Notes: generated by a model not told the origin, from the sequence alone. A DNA stretch of 63,344 bases, filler included, from 9 parts of 9 records of this genome joined end to end with filler, not necessarily neighbours in it, one strand, 5' to 3'; positions 9,664-19,200 are shown, counted from the whole stretch's first letter. Numbers and translations are program-made.

Positions 9664-10695
9664 TCAACGGACTTTATCCAGAGCCTCCATGATCTGTTTT
9701 GCCTGATCGCCGTATCCTTTGTCGGCGCATTTCTTTAACCATTCCCCGTAAACGGGTTTTAAGGGTTTTTTCCACTCTTTCAGTTCTTCATCGGTGAGAA
9801 TTTTAACGGTTCCCTTTTTGTTTAGCACTTCGAGACTTTTTTCTTCATACGCTTTCATCCAGGTCAGGGATTTTTCCTGGGTTTCCCGGGAAACTTCCAG
9901 TATAATCTTCTGCATATCCTCGGGAATGGCGTTCCATGTGTCCAGATTGATGAAATTCACCCAGACTGTCCACCAGAAAGGTCCCACATAATATTTGGAA
10001 ACTTCATAGAATTTCATGGCATTCATATAGCTCCAGGCCGTAACGCAGCCGTCTATGGCGCCCTTGGCCATGGCGTCGTATACTTCGGCCCCGGTTATTC
10101 TAACAGGGACGGCTCCCCATCCTTTAAGACTGTCCAGGGCGCCCGGCACGGGGGCTCTTATTTTGAGGCCCTTCATGTCCTCCACGGTGTTCACAGGCGC
10201 TTTTCCACAATAGGCGTTGCCCCCGTAGGCGCTGTAAAAAAGGATCCTGACATTATGTTCTTTAAAAAGTGGTTGAAGGATTTCATTGACTCTTTCTCTC
10301 GCTTTGAGCCAGTGATCAATGTCTTCGATTAGCAAAAAATAATCGGAAAACTGAAACACGGGGTTATAACCGGCCCAAAAACCCACGCTTGTGAGCCCCA
10401 TCTCCACCCCTCCCATGGTGGCTGCGTCGATCCCTTGAATAAAGGAAAAAAGCTGCCCCCCGGGATACAGCTGAACCTTTATTTTTCCGTTGGTCCTTTT
10501 TTCCACTTGCCGGGCAAAAAACGTCATGTCCTTGGCGGAAAAATGATGTGAAGCGGGCATTCCCGTATAATATCTGAGTACAATCGAGTCCCCGGCATAA
10601 ACTTTTCCCACACTGAAGGAAACAGATGATGTTAAGGCAAAAATCAACAGTAGGAAGGTAAAGATTCCGGTTGCTTTTGACGTGGTCATGTCCAT
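9664..10695 (-). CDS. dctP: TRAP substrate-binding protein DctP
   Basis: Signal peptide, KVQLYPGGQL, DMKGLKIRAP, EVYDAMAKGAIDG. Confidence 0.9.
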   Translation of the reverse strand: MDMTTSKATGIFTFLLLIFALTSSVSFSVGKVYAGDSIVLRYYTGMPASHHFSAKDMTFFARQVEKRTNGKIKVQLYPGGQLFSFIQGIDAATMGGVEMGLTSVGFWAGYNPVFQFSDYFLLIEDIDHWLKARERVNEILQPLFKEHNVRILFYSAYGGNAYCGKAPVNTVEDMKGLKIRAPVPGALDSLKGWGAVPVRITGAEVYDAMAKGAIDGCVTAWSYMNAMKFYEVSKYYVGPFWWTVWVNFINLDTWNAIPEDMQKIILEVSRETQEKSLTWMKAYEEKSLEVLNKKGTVKILTDEELKEWKKPLKPVYGEWLKKCADKGYGDQAKQIMEALDKVR

Positions 10696-10789
10696 ATCTC
10701 CTTTTTATCTCTATTGGGTCCTTATGTTCCGTATCGGAACAATTTCCGGCACGAAATTCCGCTTTTTTATCATTATCCGTGCCGACATT

Positions 10790-12868
10790 TTAATGCTTTG
10801 CCTTCAAGGCCGCCAGGACCTTCTCAGGGGTCATGGGAACCTCCCGCATCCGGACTCCCACCGCATCGTGGATGGCATTGGCGATGGCCGGTGCCTGCAG
10901 GAAAAGGCCGGATTCCCCCACGCTTTTGGCGCCGAAGGGGCCTGTGGGATCGCCCAACTCCACCAGTATGGCTTCATGTGGGGGCATATCCAGGATGGTG
11001 GGGATTTTGTATTTGTCAAATCCGTCCGTCAGCATGGCGCCATTTTCCTTGCTGATCACCGGATCCTCAAAAAGCGCGAAACCGATCCCCTGGGATGTCC
11101 CTCCTTCCAGTTGCCCCTCCACTACCGTGGGGTTGATGGCCCTTCCGATGTCGTGAACCGTAATCCATTTGACCACGGTCGCCACACCGGTTTCCGTATC
11201 CACTTCAACCTCGGCAAACCCCGCCTGCCACGGCGGTGCGAAGTCAGTGGGTTCAACGGTGGCATGGATTACCAGTTGTTGGCATTGTTTTTCGTAGTTG
11301 TAAATCAGATCATAGGCAACATCCTTGTAGTCAACACTCTTCTCGGGCGCTGCTTTTACAAAAATCTTCTTGTCCTTCATTACCAGGTCTTCCGGAGATG
11401 CCTCAAGTCTGACTGCGGCCCTGGCAAGGAATTTTTCCCGGGCCATGCCGGCCGCCTTCTGGATGGCTAGGCCGATGCAGTAGCAGCCCCTGGAGGCGTG
11501 GGTGCCGATATCGAAACCGGTGACGTCCGTGTCCCCCAGGACCACGTTGACGTCGTCATAATCGATGCCCAAGGCTTCCGCTGCGATTTGGGAAAGGGAG
11601 CCGACCACTCCCTGCCCGAGATTGCCCGGGGATACGATCAATGAACATCCGCCGTCTTCATTGAATTTGAGGGTGGCGTTGGTGTGCTCCAGCAACATGG
11701 GTTGTGCACCGCTGAGCCAGCCCATGGCGGCTACCCCGACACCTCTTTTGATGGGACCATCCGATTTCATTTTACCCCATTTGTCTTTCCAGCCGATTTT
11801 CTCGGCCCCCACATCCAGACACTCATCCAGCCCGCAACTGGAGATAGCCGTAGAAGGAAACCAACCCAGGCCCCCCACGCCCCGGTGGTATTTCTTTCTG
11901 AACAGGACGGGATCCATGCCGATTTTCTCGCATGCCTCGTCCACCAGGGTTTCCCTTGCGAAGCTCGACTGCATGCCTCCGAAGCCCCGCATGGCGCCGC
12001 AGGCCAGATGATTGCTATAAACGACTTCAATTTCCTGGTGCATGCTTTCAAATTCATATTCCGTGATGTTGGCCGCCAGCCCCACGCCGCAACCGGAGGC
12101 CATTTTGCAGACGTAAGCCCCGGCATCTCCCGTGTACCTGGCTTGAAGGGCCTTGGGTGTTCCGTCCTTCTTGAGACCCAGTTTCATATGAATTTTAGCG
12201 ATGTGTTCACGGGTGATGCGGTTTGAAAAATCCTCGTTGCGGTAGAATTTGGTTTTTACGGGGGCGCCCGCCTTAATGGACAGGGCCGCGCTGATATGCT
12301 CTGCGCAAAGGTCCGTGCCGGCGCCGAAACCGCAACCCGCATAGGGCTGGATGATGCGAACGGCCGATTCCGGCAGATCGAACATATAAGCCAGCATGCG
12401 CTTGGCCATATGGGGCAGCTGGATCTGGCTCCAGACCGTGAGCCGGCCATTACGGTAATCGGCCACGCTGCACGCATTTTCAAGACCTGCCTGGATCTGC
12501 TTGCTGGTACCGTAGACCCCTTCCGCCACCGCATCCGATTCACCAAAGCCTTTTTCCGCATCCCCGTAACAGAAAACAGGCGTGGGCGGTACCGGGACAT
12601 TTCCGGGCACGTTTCCATGAACCCGGGGTGCCCCTTCCTGAACAGCAGCCTCAATATCAAACACGGCGGGAAGCACCTCGTATTTCACATCAATGGAGGC
12701 CAGGGCCTCCCGGGCTATTTCCTCGTTCACCGCGGCCACCGCCGCTACGGGCTCCCCCACATACCGGACTTCGTCCCCGAACAGAAACATGTCCTGGGGT
12801 TCCCCATCGGGCAACTGGTACGTCATGACATTGAGGGTAAAGATTTTTTGGGGAACATCCTGTGATGT
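10790..12868 (-). CDS. Xanthine dehydrogenase-family molybdopterin-binding subunit (5' partial)
   Basis: VRYVGEPVAAV, GCGFG, GAMRGFG, GTHASRG, VEGQLEGG, GPFGAKSVGE; frame open to the contig edge. Confidence 0.93.
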   Translation of the reverse strand, partial: TSQDVPQKIFTLNVMTYQLPDGEPQDMFLFGDEVRYVGEPVAAVAAVNEEIAREALASIDVKYEVLPAVFDIEAAVQEGAPRVHGNVPGNVPVPPTPVFCYGDAEKGFGESDAVAEGVYGTSKQIQAGLENACSVADYRNGRLTVWSQIQLPHMAKRMLAYMFDLPESAVRIIQPYAGCGFGAGTDLCAEHISAALSIKAGAPVKTKFYRNEDFSNRITREHIAKIHMKLGLKKDGTPKALQARYTGDAGAYVCKMASGCGVGLAANITEYEFESMHQEIEVVYSNHLACGAMRGFGGMQSSFARETLVDEACEKIGMDPVLFRKKYHRGVGGLGWFPSTAISSCGLDECLDVGAEKIGWKDKWGKMKSDGPIKRGVGVAAMGWLSGAQPMLLEHTNATLKFNEDGGCSLIVSPGNLGQGVVGSLSQIAAEALGIDYDDVNVVLGDTDVTGFDIGTHASRGCYCIGLAIQKAAGMAREKFLARAAVRLEASPEDLVMKDKKIFVKAAPEKSVDYKDVAYDLIYNYEKQCQQLVIHATVEPTDFAPPWQAGFAEVEVDTETGVATVVKWITVHDIGRAINPTVVEGQLEGGTSQGIGFALFEDPVISKENGAMLTDGFDKYKIPTILDMPPHEAILVELGDPTGPFGAKSVGESGLFLQAPAIANAIHDAVGVRMREVPMTPEKVLAALKAKH

Positions 12869-12968
12869 NNNNNNNNNNNNNNNNNNNNNNNNNNNNNNNN
12901 NNNNNNNNNNNNTTAATTAATTAANNNNNNNNNNNNNNNNNNNNNNNNNNNNNNNNNNNNNNNNNNNN
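12869..12968. other. Artificial contig linker
   Basis: N44-TTAATTAATTAA-N44. Confidence 0.99.
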
Positions 12969-12973
12969 TAAGT

Positions 12974-13008
12974 CGTAAAACGTGAAATGTAAGACGTGAA
13001 ACGTAAAA
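12974..13008 (+). repeat. Degenerate 7-bp tandem repeat (5 x YGTRARA)
   Basis: cgtaaaa cgtgaaa tgtaaga cgtgaaa cgtaaaa. Confidence 0.75.
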
Positions 13009-13010
13009 TA

Positions 13011-13080
13011 TGTAACAACGTGCCATGGCACATCGCTACATCATCATAATTATTTTGTAGAGCCACGCCATGGCGTGGCT
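13011..13080. repeat. Pair of GTAG-type REP palindromes in opposite orientation
   Basis: Minus strand TGTAGCGATGTGCCATGGCACGTTG (13016-13040) and plus strand TGTAGAGCCACGCCATGGCGTGGCT (13056-13080), both centred on CCATGG. Confidence 0.7.
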
Positions 13081-13171
13081 GGACATGTGAATAATAAAAT
13101 AATTTATAAAAAATGTTGCTGTTCTTCCTGAAATAAAGCAACTTATAAGCACAAATCCAATGAGGTGAAAC

Positions 13172-13399
13172 ATGCAGAAAGAAAATTTCGTTTTATTCGC
13201 AACGTTCCACGACAAACATGAATATGAAAAAGCTCGCAACATCCTGACTGACGCACGTATTCATTTTTGGGCCTCAAACAGTGCCCCCGGTGTTAATTAC
13301 AAAGTTCCCGATGCAGCCTTTACCAGTATCGAACTACACGTAGCCGAAGAGGATACGGAGAGAGTTGAAACCCTGCTTGCCCCACTTGAGCCAGCATAG
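13172..13399 (+). CDS. Small hypothetical protein, DUF2007/putative signal-transducing-like
   Basis: ARNILTDARI...IELHVAEED pattern; GAGG RBS. Confidence 0.6.
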   Translation: MQKENFVLFATFHDKHEYEKARNILTDARIHFWASNSAPGVNYKVPDAAFTSIELHVAEEDTERVETLLAPLEPA

Positions 13400-13522
13400 C
13401 AGACAGCAGTCAATAATTTTTTAATCGCCACTTGTTACCAGTTACTAGTCACTAGTTACCTCTTTTCTGCATATATAAATATTTTCCATGACAAAGGCAG
13501 ATTTTGAGCATATATTACTTTC

Positions 13523-14101
13523 ATGAAGACTAAATTATTCGAAGAAAAGAAATTCGAAAAGTTGAATGATCCCATTCGACTTGAGCATTTGCCGCCGGTT
13601 TATATAAAAGAAAAACTGAAAATGCAGGATGTCCGGGTGATCATGGATATCGGAGCCGGTACCGGTTTTTTCTCATTGCACTTCGCGAATATTTTTTCCG
13701 ACTCTAAAGTCTATGCCTGCGACATTTCCGACTTTATGGTGAATTACATGAAAGAAAAGATAGTACCTGTCAATCCGCGCATTCATCCGATGACCATGGC
13801 ACATGATAAAGTTCCCCTTCACGATGAACTGGCCGATTTGATCTTAATGATCAATTTGCATCATGAGATCGAAGATCCGATGGCGATACTGAAAGAATGC
13901 TATCGCTTGTTGAAACCCGGTGGCAAGGTTGTCGTTTCGGACTGGAAGAAAGAAGATACCGGATTCGGACCTTCACTGGAGATCCGATTTGAAACCGGGG
14001 AAGTAAAAGAACAGCTTGAAGCGAATGGCTTTATTAAGATCTTATCCGACGAATATCTGAAATTCAATTTTCTGGTCATTGCCGAGAAACCGAAAGCATA
14101 A
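13523..14101 (+). CDS. Class I SAM-dependent methyltransferase
   Basis: MDIGAGTG, YACDIS, LHHEIEDP, RLLKPGG. Confidence 0.9.
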   Translation: MKTKLFEEKKFEKLNDPIRLEHLPPVYIKEKLKMQDVRVIMDIGAGTGFFSLHFANIFSDSKVYACDISDFMVNYMKEKIVPVNPRIHPMTMAHDKVPLHDELADLILMINLHHEIEDPMAILKECYRLLKPGGKVVVSDWKKEDTGFGPSLEIRFETGEVKEQLEANGFIKILSDEYLKFNFLVIAEKPKA

Positions 14102-14454
14102 TGAAGAACATAGTTAAATTATCTTTTATTCTTATTCTGCTTGCCGCCTGTGCAAGCATACCTGTCGGGGACACATCGCGAAACGCTCTCGATTGGCCGG
14201 GAACATATAAATGCGATAAAATGACCATCACGCTCAAAGAGAATAACACCTATAAAGCACAAGTCGATGATACCGAAGTACGATCTTCCTTTCGTTGGGA
14301 TAGGAAAGGCCGGATCATTTGTTTGGATCATCTGATGAAAAAGGCCCCCTGTAAAAAGTTCAAAGTTGGAGAGAATGTGCTAATTCCACTGAAGAATTCA
14401 GGAAGGCCGAAGAAAGACGGGAAACCGCTAGTAAAAGTAAGCACTAGGCAGTAG
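14101..14454 (+). CDS. NlpE/CutF N-terminal-like lipoprotein
   Basis: Lipobox LAAC, SRNALDWPGTY, FRWD, FKVGEN motifs. Confidence 0.7.
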   Translation: MKNIVKLSFILILLAACASIPVGDTSRNALDWPGTYKCDKMTITLKENNTYKAQVDDTEVRSSFRWDRKGRIICLDHLMKKAPCKKFKVGENVLIPLKNSGRPKKDGKPLVKVSTRQ

Positions 14455-14530
14455 GCTGAAGTAAGGCCGGTAAACAGTAAGCAGTCGTCACCTGTGCTTT
14501 AGTGAATACCAATAATTCCCCAAGCAAAAC

Positions 14531-14560
14531 GAATATTTTATCCGGGAATATTTTATCCGG
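14531..14560 (+). repeat. 15-bp direct tandem duplication
   Basis: GAATATTTTATCCGG twice in a row in the intergenic region. Confidence 0.85.
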
Positions 14561-14714
14561 GATCTAAATTACTCTGTTATATTAACCTTTCAGATACATC
14601 CGTGTCTATTAATCGATACCGGAAAGAAATTTTTATTTATAAATAATTTTATGCGCAAGGATTGGGAATCGGATTTGTCAAATGAGTGAATCGAAAATTT
14701 TGAAGGAATTGTTT

Positions 14715-17021
14715 ATGCTGAAAAAACGGGGAATATTTTTACTGTTATTGCTTGCTATCTGCGCTATTGTCTTCGCTCAGGACCTCTATGACATTACCAA
14801 CATCACAACGATAGAACTGACATTCGAGGAATCAAATTGGGACTATCAACTGGATCTACTTTATGCTCAAGGTAACGAAGAGCGCTTGCTGGGAACTGCC
14901 GTGGTCAATGGCATTCAATTTGACAGTGTTGGCGTTCGTTATAAAGGGAATAGCTCCTATAGTTATAGCAATGCAAAAAACCCCTTAAATATTAAACTGG
15001 ATTACATGATCTCTGATCAGGAATACGATAACTACGGTACCCTGAAATTATCGAATGTATACAAGGATCCCAGTTATATCCGTGAGGTCATTGCTTATGA
15101 GATCGCTCGGGATTATATGCCGGCCTCTCTTTCAAATTATGCCAAAGTAACCATCAATGGGACATATATAGGTTTGTACACAAGTACTCAGGATGTAGAT
15201 AAATATTTTGCCAAAACTCATTTCGGTTCAAAGACCAATCCTTTTTTCAAAGGTGAGTTGACCAATAGCAGTCCCAATACACTTACAACCATATGGGGTT
15301 ATAATGGCATCCTCTCTTCATCATATACCAGCTACTATGAATTAGAATCAGATGATGGATGGAATGATCTGATCAATTTTCTCAATGTTTTCAATAATGA
15401 CGTTGAGAATGTTGAAGATGTGTTGAATGTTGATCGCCATCTGTGGATGTTGGCTTTCGACAATCTTCTGGTGAATCTGGATGCGCCCATTAATTTTGGA
15501 CACAATTATTATTTATATCAGGATAATGCCGGGCGTTTCAATCCCATCATCTGGGATATGAATGAGAATTTCGGCGGATTTTCAATGTTATTAGCAGGTT
15601 CTGAATTAAGCACCACGGGCATGCAGCAAATGAGTCCCTACCAAAATGCCAATTCTTCTTACTATCCGATCATTAAACAGGTTCTATCCAACGATCGATA
15701 TAAAAAAATGTACGTTGCCCATATGAAGACCATCATCAAAGATTGGTTTACGGATGGTGAGTTCCGGACCCGCGCTCTTGAATTACAGGATATCATTGAT
15801 TCTGACGTACTGAACGATCCTAATAAATTTTACACTTATAATAATTTTATCAGCAATATCGATGCCTCTGTTTCTACAAGTACAGGTGGACGACCTGGAC
15901 CCTCAAGTTCGATCGTCGGACTTACCCAACTGATGAATGCCCGGGCGACATATCTGAGTTCTCATAGCGATTTCACGCCCATTGCTCCGACCATTTCAAG
16001 CGTCAGCAATTCTCCCGCAGAGATCAGCATGGGAGATGATGTTACCTTTACATGTGATATCACAGATGGTGATACCGTAAAATTTTGCTATAGATCTTCG
16101 GTGAACGATGCTTTTACCAAGATCAAAATGCATGATGACGGTGCCCATAGCGACGGTTCTGTAGGTGATGGCGTGTACGGTGTAACAATTGCTGCCAATT
16201 CAAGCTATCTGGAATACTATTTTTATTCTGAAAATGATCATGCCGCAAGCTTCTTTCCCGAGGGTGCTGAATATGATGTATACTCAATGAATATATCCGG
16301 CAATCTGGTGCTGAATGAATTTATGGCTGACAACGAATCAACCGTTGCGGATGCTAATGGCGATTACGACGATTGGATCGAGCTTTACAATAACACGGAA
16401 AATGATATTTCTCTATCGGGATACTATCTGGCTGATGAGATCACGGATACTGAAGCATGGGCTTTCCCCGATACGGTCATTCCGGCTTATTCGTATTTGA
16501 TCGTTTGGGCTGACAAAGATGAGTATGTTGGCGAATTACACGCCGACTTTAAACTTTCCGCTTCGGGCGAAGCTATCTATTTGATCAACCCCAGTGATGA
16601 CGTTATTGACGAGATCGTTTTTGGTGCGCAAACAGCCGATATATCCCAGGGACGTTATGAAAATGGCGTTGGCGATTGGGAATTTATGCCCCCCAGTTTT
16701 TCTGCAGAAAATATTTACAACCAAAGTTCAATAGATGATGATATCAGTATGCCGTCGGAATTCGCACTTGAACCGAATTACCCGAATCCCTTTAATCCGA
16801 CCACGACCATTGCTTTCAGTATCGCGGAAGCCGACGGCGTATCTTTGAACATCTATAATGCATCCGGCAGATTGGTGGATACCATTCTGAGCAATAGTTA
16901 TTGCTCCGCAGGGTACTACCGTTATCAATGGAATGCCTCAAGTTTTGCTTCCGGTGTATATATTGCCGTACTTCAAAGCAGCACGCAACGATCCACGCAA
17001 AAACTGATCTTGTTGAAATAA
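14715..17021 (+). CDS. Secreted CotH kinase-family protein with Ca-binding-like segment, lamin-tail domain and C-terminal secretion sorting domain
   Basis: Signal peptide; CotH motifs RYKGNSS, KLSN..DPSYIREVIAY, YIGLY, HNYYLY, PIIWDMNENFG; MHDDGAHSDGSVGDGVYG; LTD motifs LNEFMADN..DWIELYN..FKLSASGE; C-terminal YPNPFNP...SGVY..KLILLK. Confidence 0.9.
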   Translation: MLKKRGIFLLLLLAICAIVFAQDLYDITNITTIELTFEESNWDYQLDLLYAQGNEERLLGTAVVNGIQFDSVGVRYKGNSSYSYSNAKNPLNIKLDYMISDQEYDNYGTLKLSNVYKDPSYIREVIAYEIARDYMPASLSNYAKVTINGTYIGLYTSTQDVDKYFAKTHFGSKTNPFFKGELTNSSPNTLTTIWGYNGILSSSYTSYYELESDDGWNDLINFLNVFNNDVENVEDVLNVDRHLWMLAFDNLLVNLDAPINFGHNYYLYQDNAGRFNPIIWDMNENFGGFSMLLAGSELSTTGMQQMSPYQNANSSYYPIIKQVLSNDRYKKMYVAHMKTIIKDWFTDGEFRTRALELQDIIDSDVLNDPNKFYTYNNFISNIDASVSTSTGGRPGPSSSIVGLTQLMNARATYLSSHSDFTPIAPTISSVSNSPAEISMGDDVTFTCDITDGDTVKFCYRSSVNDAFTKIKMHDDGAHSDGSVGDGVYGVTIAANSSYLEYYFYSENDHAASFFPEGAEYDVYSMNISGNLVLNEFMADNESTVADANGDYDDWIELYNNTENDISLSGYYLADEITDTEAWAFPDTVIPAYSYLIVWADKDEYVGELHADFKLSASGEAIYLINPSDDVIDEIVFGAQTADISQGRYENGVGDWEFMPPSFSAENIYNQSSIDDDISMPSEFALEPNYPNPFNPTTTIAFSIAEADGVSLNIYNASGRLVDTILSNSYCSAGYYRYQWNASSFASGVYIAVLQSSTQRSTQKLILLK

Positions 17022-17093
17022 AGGGAATTGCCATTCATGATGATTTTGACTTATATTCACTTGATATCAGAATGAGAAAAGATACTTAAGGTC

Positions 17094-17873
17094 ATGCAGA
17101 ATACTTTTACCAACATACTTTCCGGTATAAAGCTGGAATCTCTTCCTCTTGAAGAAACCGCAAAGGTACGCTTGATGAACCGTATCGACAAAAAATACTG
17201 GTTCCATGATTCGGAATTGCCGGCACTTCTGGAAGCGATAAAAGATGATTATTATATCCAGTCCGTGGACGGAAAAACCTATCAGGATTACGGGACCAAG
17301 TACTTTGATACCCCGGATGATCGCATGTATACCCTGCATCACAATGGCAAACTGAACCGCTATAAGATCCGTCGCAGGGATTATCTGGACAGCGACGACC
17401 ATTTCCTGGAAGTGAAATTCAAGAACAACCAAGGCCGTACCATCAAGAAGCGGGTGGAGTCCACAGTCAAGGCTGCAGATTTTAATAATAATGAGAATGA
17501 ATTTCTCAAGAAGCGCAGTATTTTTGGTGAGGATGAACTGCAGGTTGCACTCAAGAATAAGTTCACGCGTTTGACCTTGATCGCCAAAAACAGCGCAGAA
17601 CGAGTAACGATCGATACCGGTATCAGTTTCATTTCTTGTGATAAGGTCGTTGATATGGATAATTTGGCCATTCTTGAATTGAAAACCGAAAAGGGCGGCC
17701 GCGATTCATCATTGAAAAGATATCTGAGAGACAAACGGATCAAATCGGCCGGATTTTCAAAATATTGCATCGGCCGCGCCTTGACAGATAATACGCTGAA
17801 ACGCAATCGTTTTAAACAAAGGATCCGTCAGATCGGTAAGATCACCGGTCATGCGGACCTCTACAATATGTAA
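17094..17873 (+). CDS. VTC-domain (polyphosphate polymerase, CYTH-like) protein
   Basis: LMNRIDKKY, YFDTPD, RYKIRRRDY, FLEVKFK, ERVTID, ILELK, FSKYCIG. Confidence 0.9.
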   Translation: MQNTFTNILSGIKLESLPLEETAKVRLMNRIDKKYWFHDSELPALLEAIKDDYYIQSVDGKTYQDYGTKYFDTPDDRMYTLHHNGKLNRYKIRRRDYLDSDDHFLEVKFKNNQGRTIKKRVESTVKAADFNNNENEFLKKRSIFGEDELQVALKNKFTRLTLIAKNSAERVTIDTGISFISCDKVVDMDNLAILELKTEKGGRDSSLKRYLRDKRIKSAGFSKYCIGRALTDNTLKRNRFKQRIRQIGKITGHADLYNM

Positions 17874-17881
17874 GGGATACT

Positions 17882-18565
17882 ATGAATTTTCTTTTTGCAC
17901 AAGATACCACAGCAAGCGTTCCCCTGAACGAACTGTTTGAAAATATCCGCTTTTTGGATATTCGTGTGATCAATGTGGCCGACACCCTGGAACTGTTTGT
18001 TCGGCTGGCTTTCAATTTGCTGGTCATTGCACTGATCGTCACGAAGATCTATAATAAACGCTCGAACTCCAAGGAATTCTCATTTTCCTTCATCGCGATC
18101 GGCGCTGTCGTTTTCTTGCTGAGCTTTTTGATGAACAGTGTGAAATTGCAGTTAGGATTCGCGTTCGGACTCTTTGCCATTTTCGGGATCATCCGTTATC
18201 GTACGGATACTATTCCGATCAAGGAAATGACATTCCTCTTTGTGGTGATAGCTGTTTCCGTGATCAATGCCCTGGCGAATAAAAAGGTCTCTTACGTGGA
18301 ATTGGTCCTGACAAACGCAGTGGTCTTCTTTGGATTATTTTATCTTGAAAAAGTATTGAACCCGAGAAAAGAACATGTTATGCGTATGCGCTATGAAAAA
18401 ATTGAACATATGAATAAAAAGGACGAGGCATTGCTCCTGGAAGATATTCGTGAGCGCACCGGATTGAACGTTACGCGCTTCACCGTTGAGCGTATCGATT
18501 ATTTGCGCGATATTGCGGATATGACGCTTTACTATTTCGATGATGAACCGACAGAAAAGGAATAA
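17882..18565 (+). CDS. DUF4956 family membrane protein
   Basis: LGFAFGLFAIFGIIRYRT..IKEMTFLF signature, 4-5 TM segments, C-terminal LLEDIRERTGL. Confidence 0.88.
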   Translation: MNFLFAQDTTASVPLNELFENIRFLDIRVINVADTLELFVRLAFNLLVIALIVTKIYNKRSNSKEFSFSFIAIGAVVFLLSFLMNSVKLQLGFAFGLFAIFGIIRYRTDTIPIKEMTFLFVVIAVSVINALANKKVSYVELVLTNAVVFFGLFYLEKVLNPRKEHVMRMRYEKIEHMNKKDEALLLEDIRERTGLNVTRFTVERIDYLRDIADMTLYYFDDEPTEKE

Positions 18566-18567
18566 GC

Positions 18568-19200
18568 GTGAAACATTTCTATAAAAAACTATTACTCGCA
18601 TCGCTGATCGTCTCCTCGGTATTTGCCTTGCAAATGGATGAACTGGAATTACGTCCCTCTGCAACGATCAGATTCTCACCGATCAAGAAAGTGAAACTGT
18701 ATGTCACTCCCGAGTTGCGATTCGATTATTTTACCCTGGATAAATTCCTGCTGGAAACCAAAGTGAAATATTCACCCTTGAAATATATGGATGTCGGAGC
18801 CGCATACAAGCTGGTATTGAATCGCAGAACCAATGATCCCCTTGAGGTCATTCATCGTTTTGACGTTTATGTCGCCGGTGATTACAAGATCGATCGCTTT
18901 ACACCTTCATTACGATTAATGTACGTGAGTGAGGATGAAGACGAAGGAAGCTCGCATTTATTGCGCTACAAAGCAAAGCTTGAGTATGATATTCCCAAGG
19001 TCAAGATAGATCCTTTTGTCGCTGCGGAACTTCAGCATCAATTGACTGACGGCACCCTATACAAGATGCGCTACAGTCTTGGAGCCGATTGGCGCTTTGC
19101 CAAGGATATGTCGCTGGGATTGGCCTATAAGATGGATTCATATTTTGATTCCGGTGATGTGAAGCATATTGTGGAGTTGGGGTATACCTATAAGTTTTAA
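18568..19200 (+). CDS. DUF2490-like outer-membrane beta-barrel protein
   Basis: Signal peptide, alternating amphipathic strands, LRYKAKLEY, PFVAAE, RYSLG, C-terminal LGYTYKF. Confidence 0.75.
   Translation: MKHFYKKLLLASLIVSSVFALQMDELELRPSATIRFSPIKKVKLYVTPELRFDYFTLDKFLLETKVKYSPLKYMDVGAAYKLVLNRRTNDPLEVIHRFDVYVAGDYKIDRFTPSLRLMYVSEDEDEGSSHLLRYKAKLEYDIPKVKIDPFVAAELQHQLTDGTLYKMRYSLGADWRFAKDMSLGLAYKMDSYFDSGDVKHIVELGYTYKF

Noticed and set aside
12974-13080. CRISPR-like array
   Set aside because: Only 7-bp tandem units and two palindromes; no repeat-spacer periodicity.
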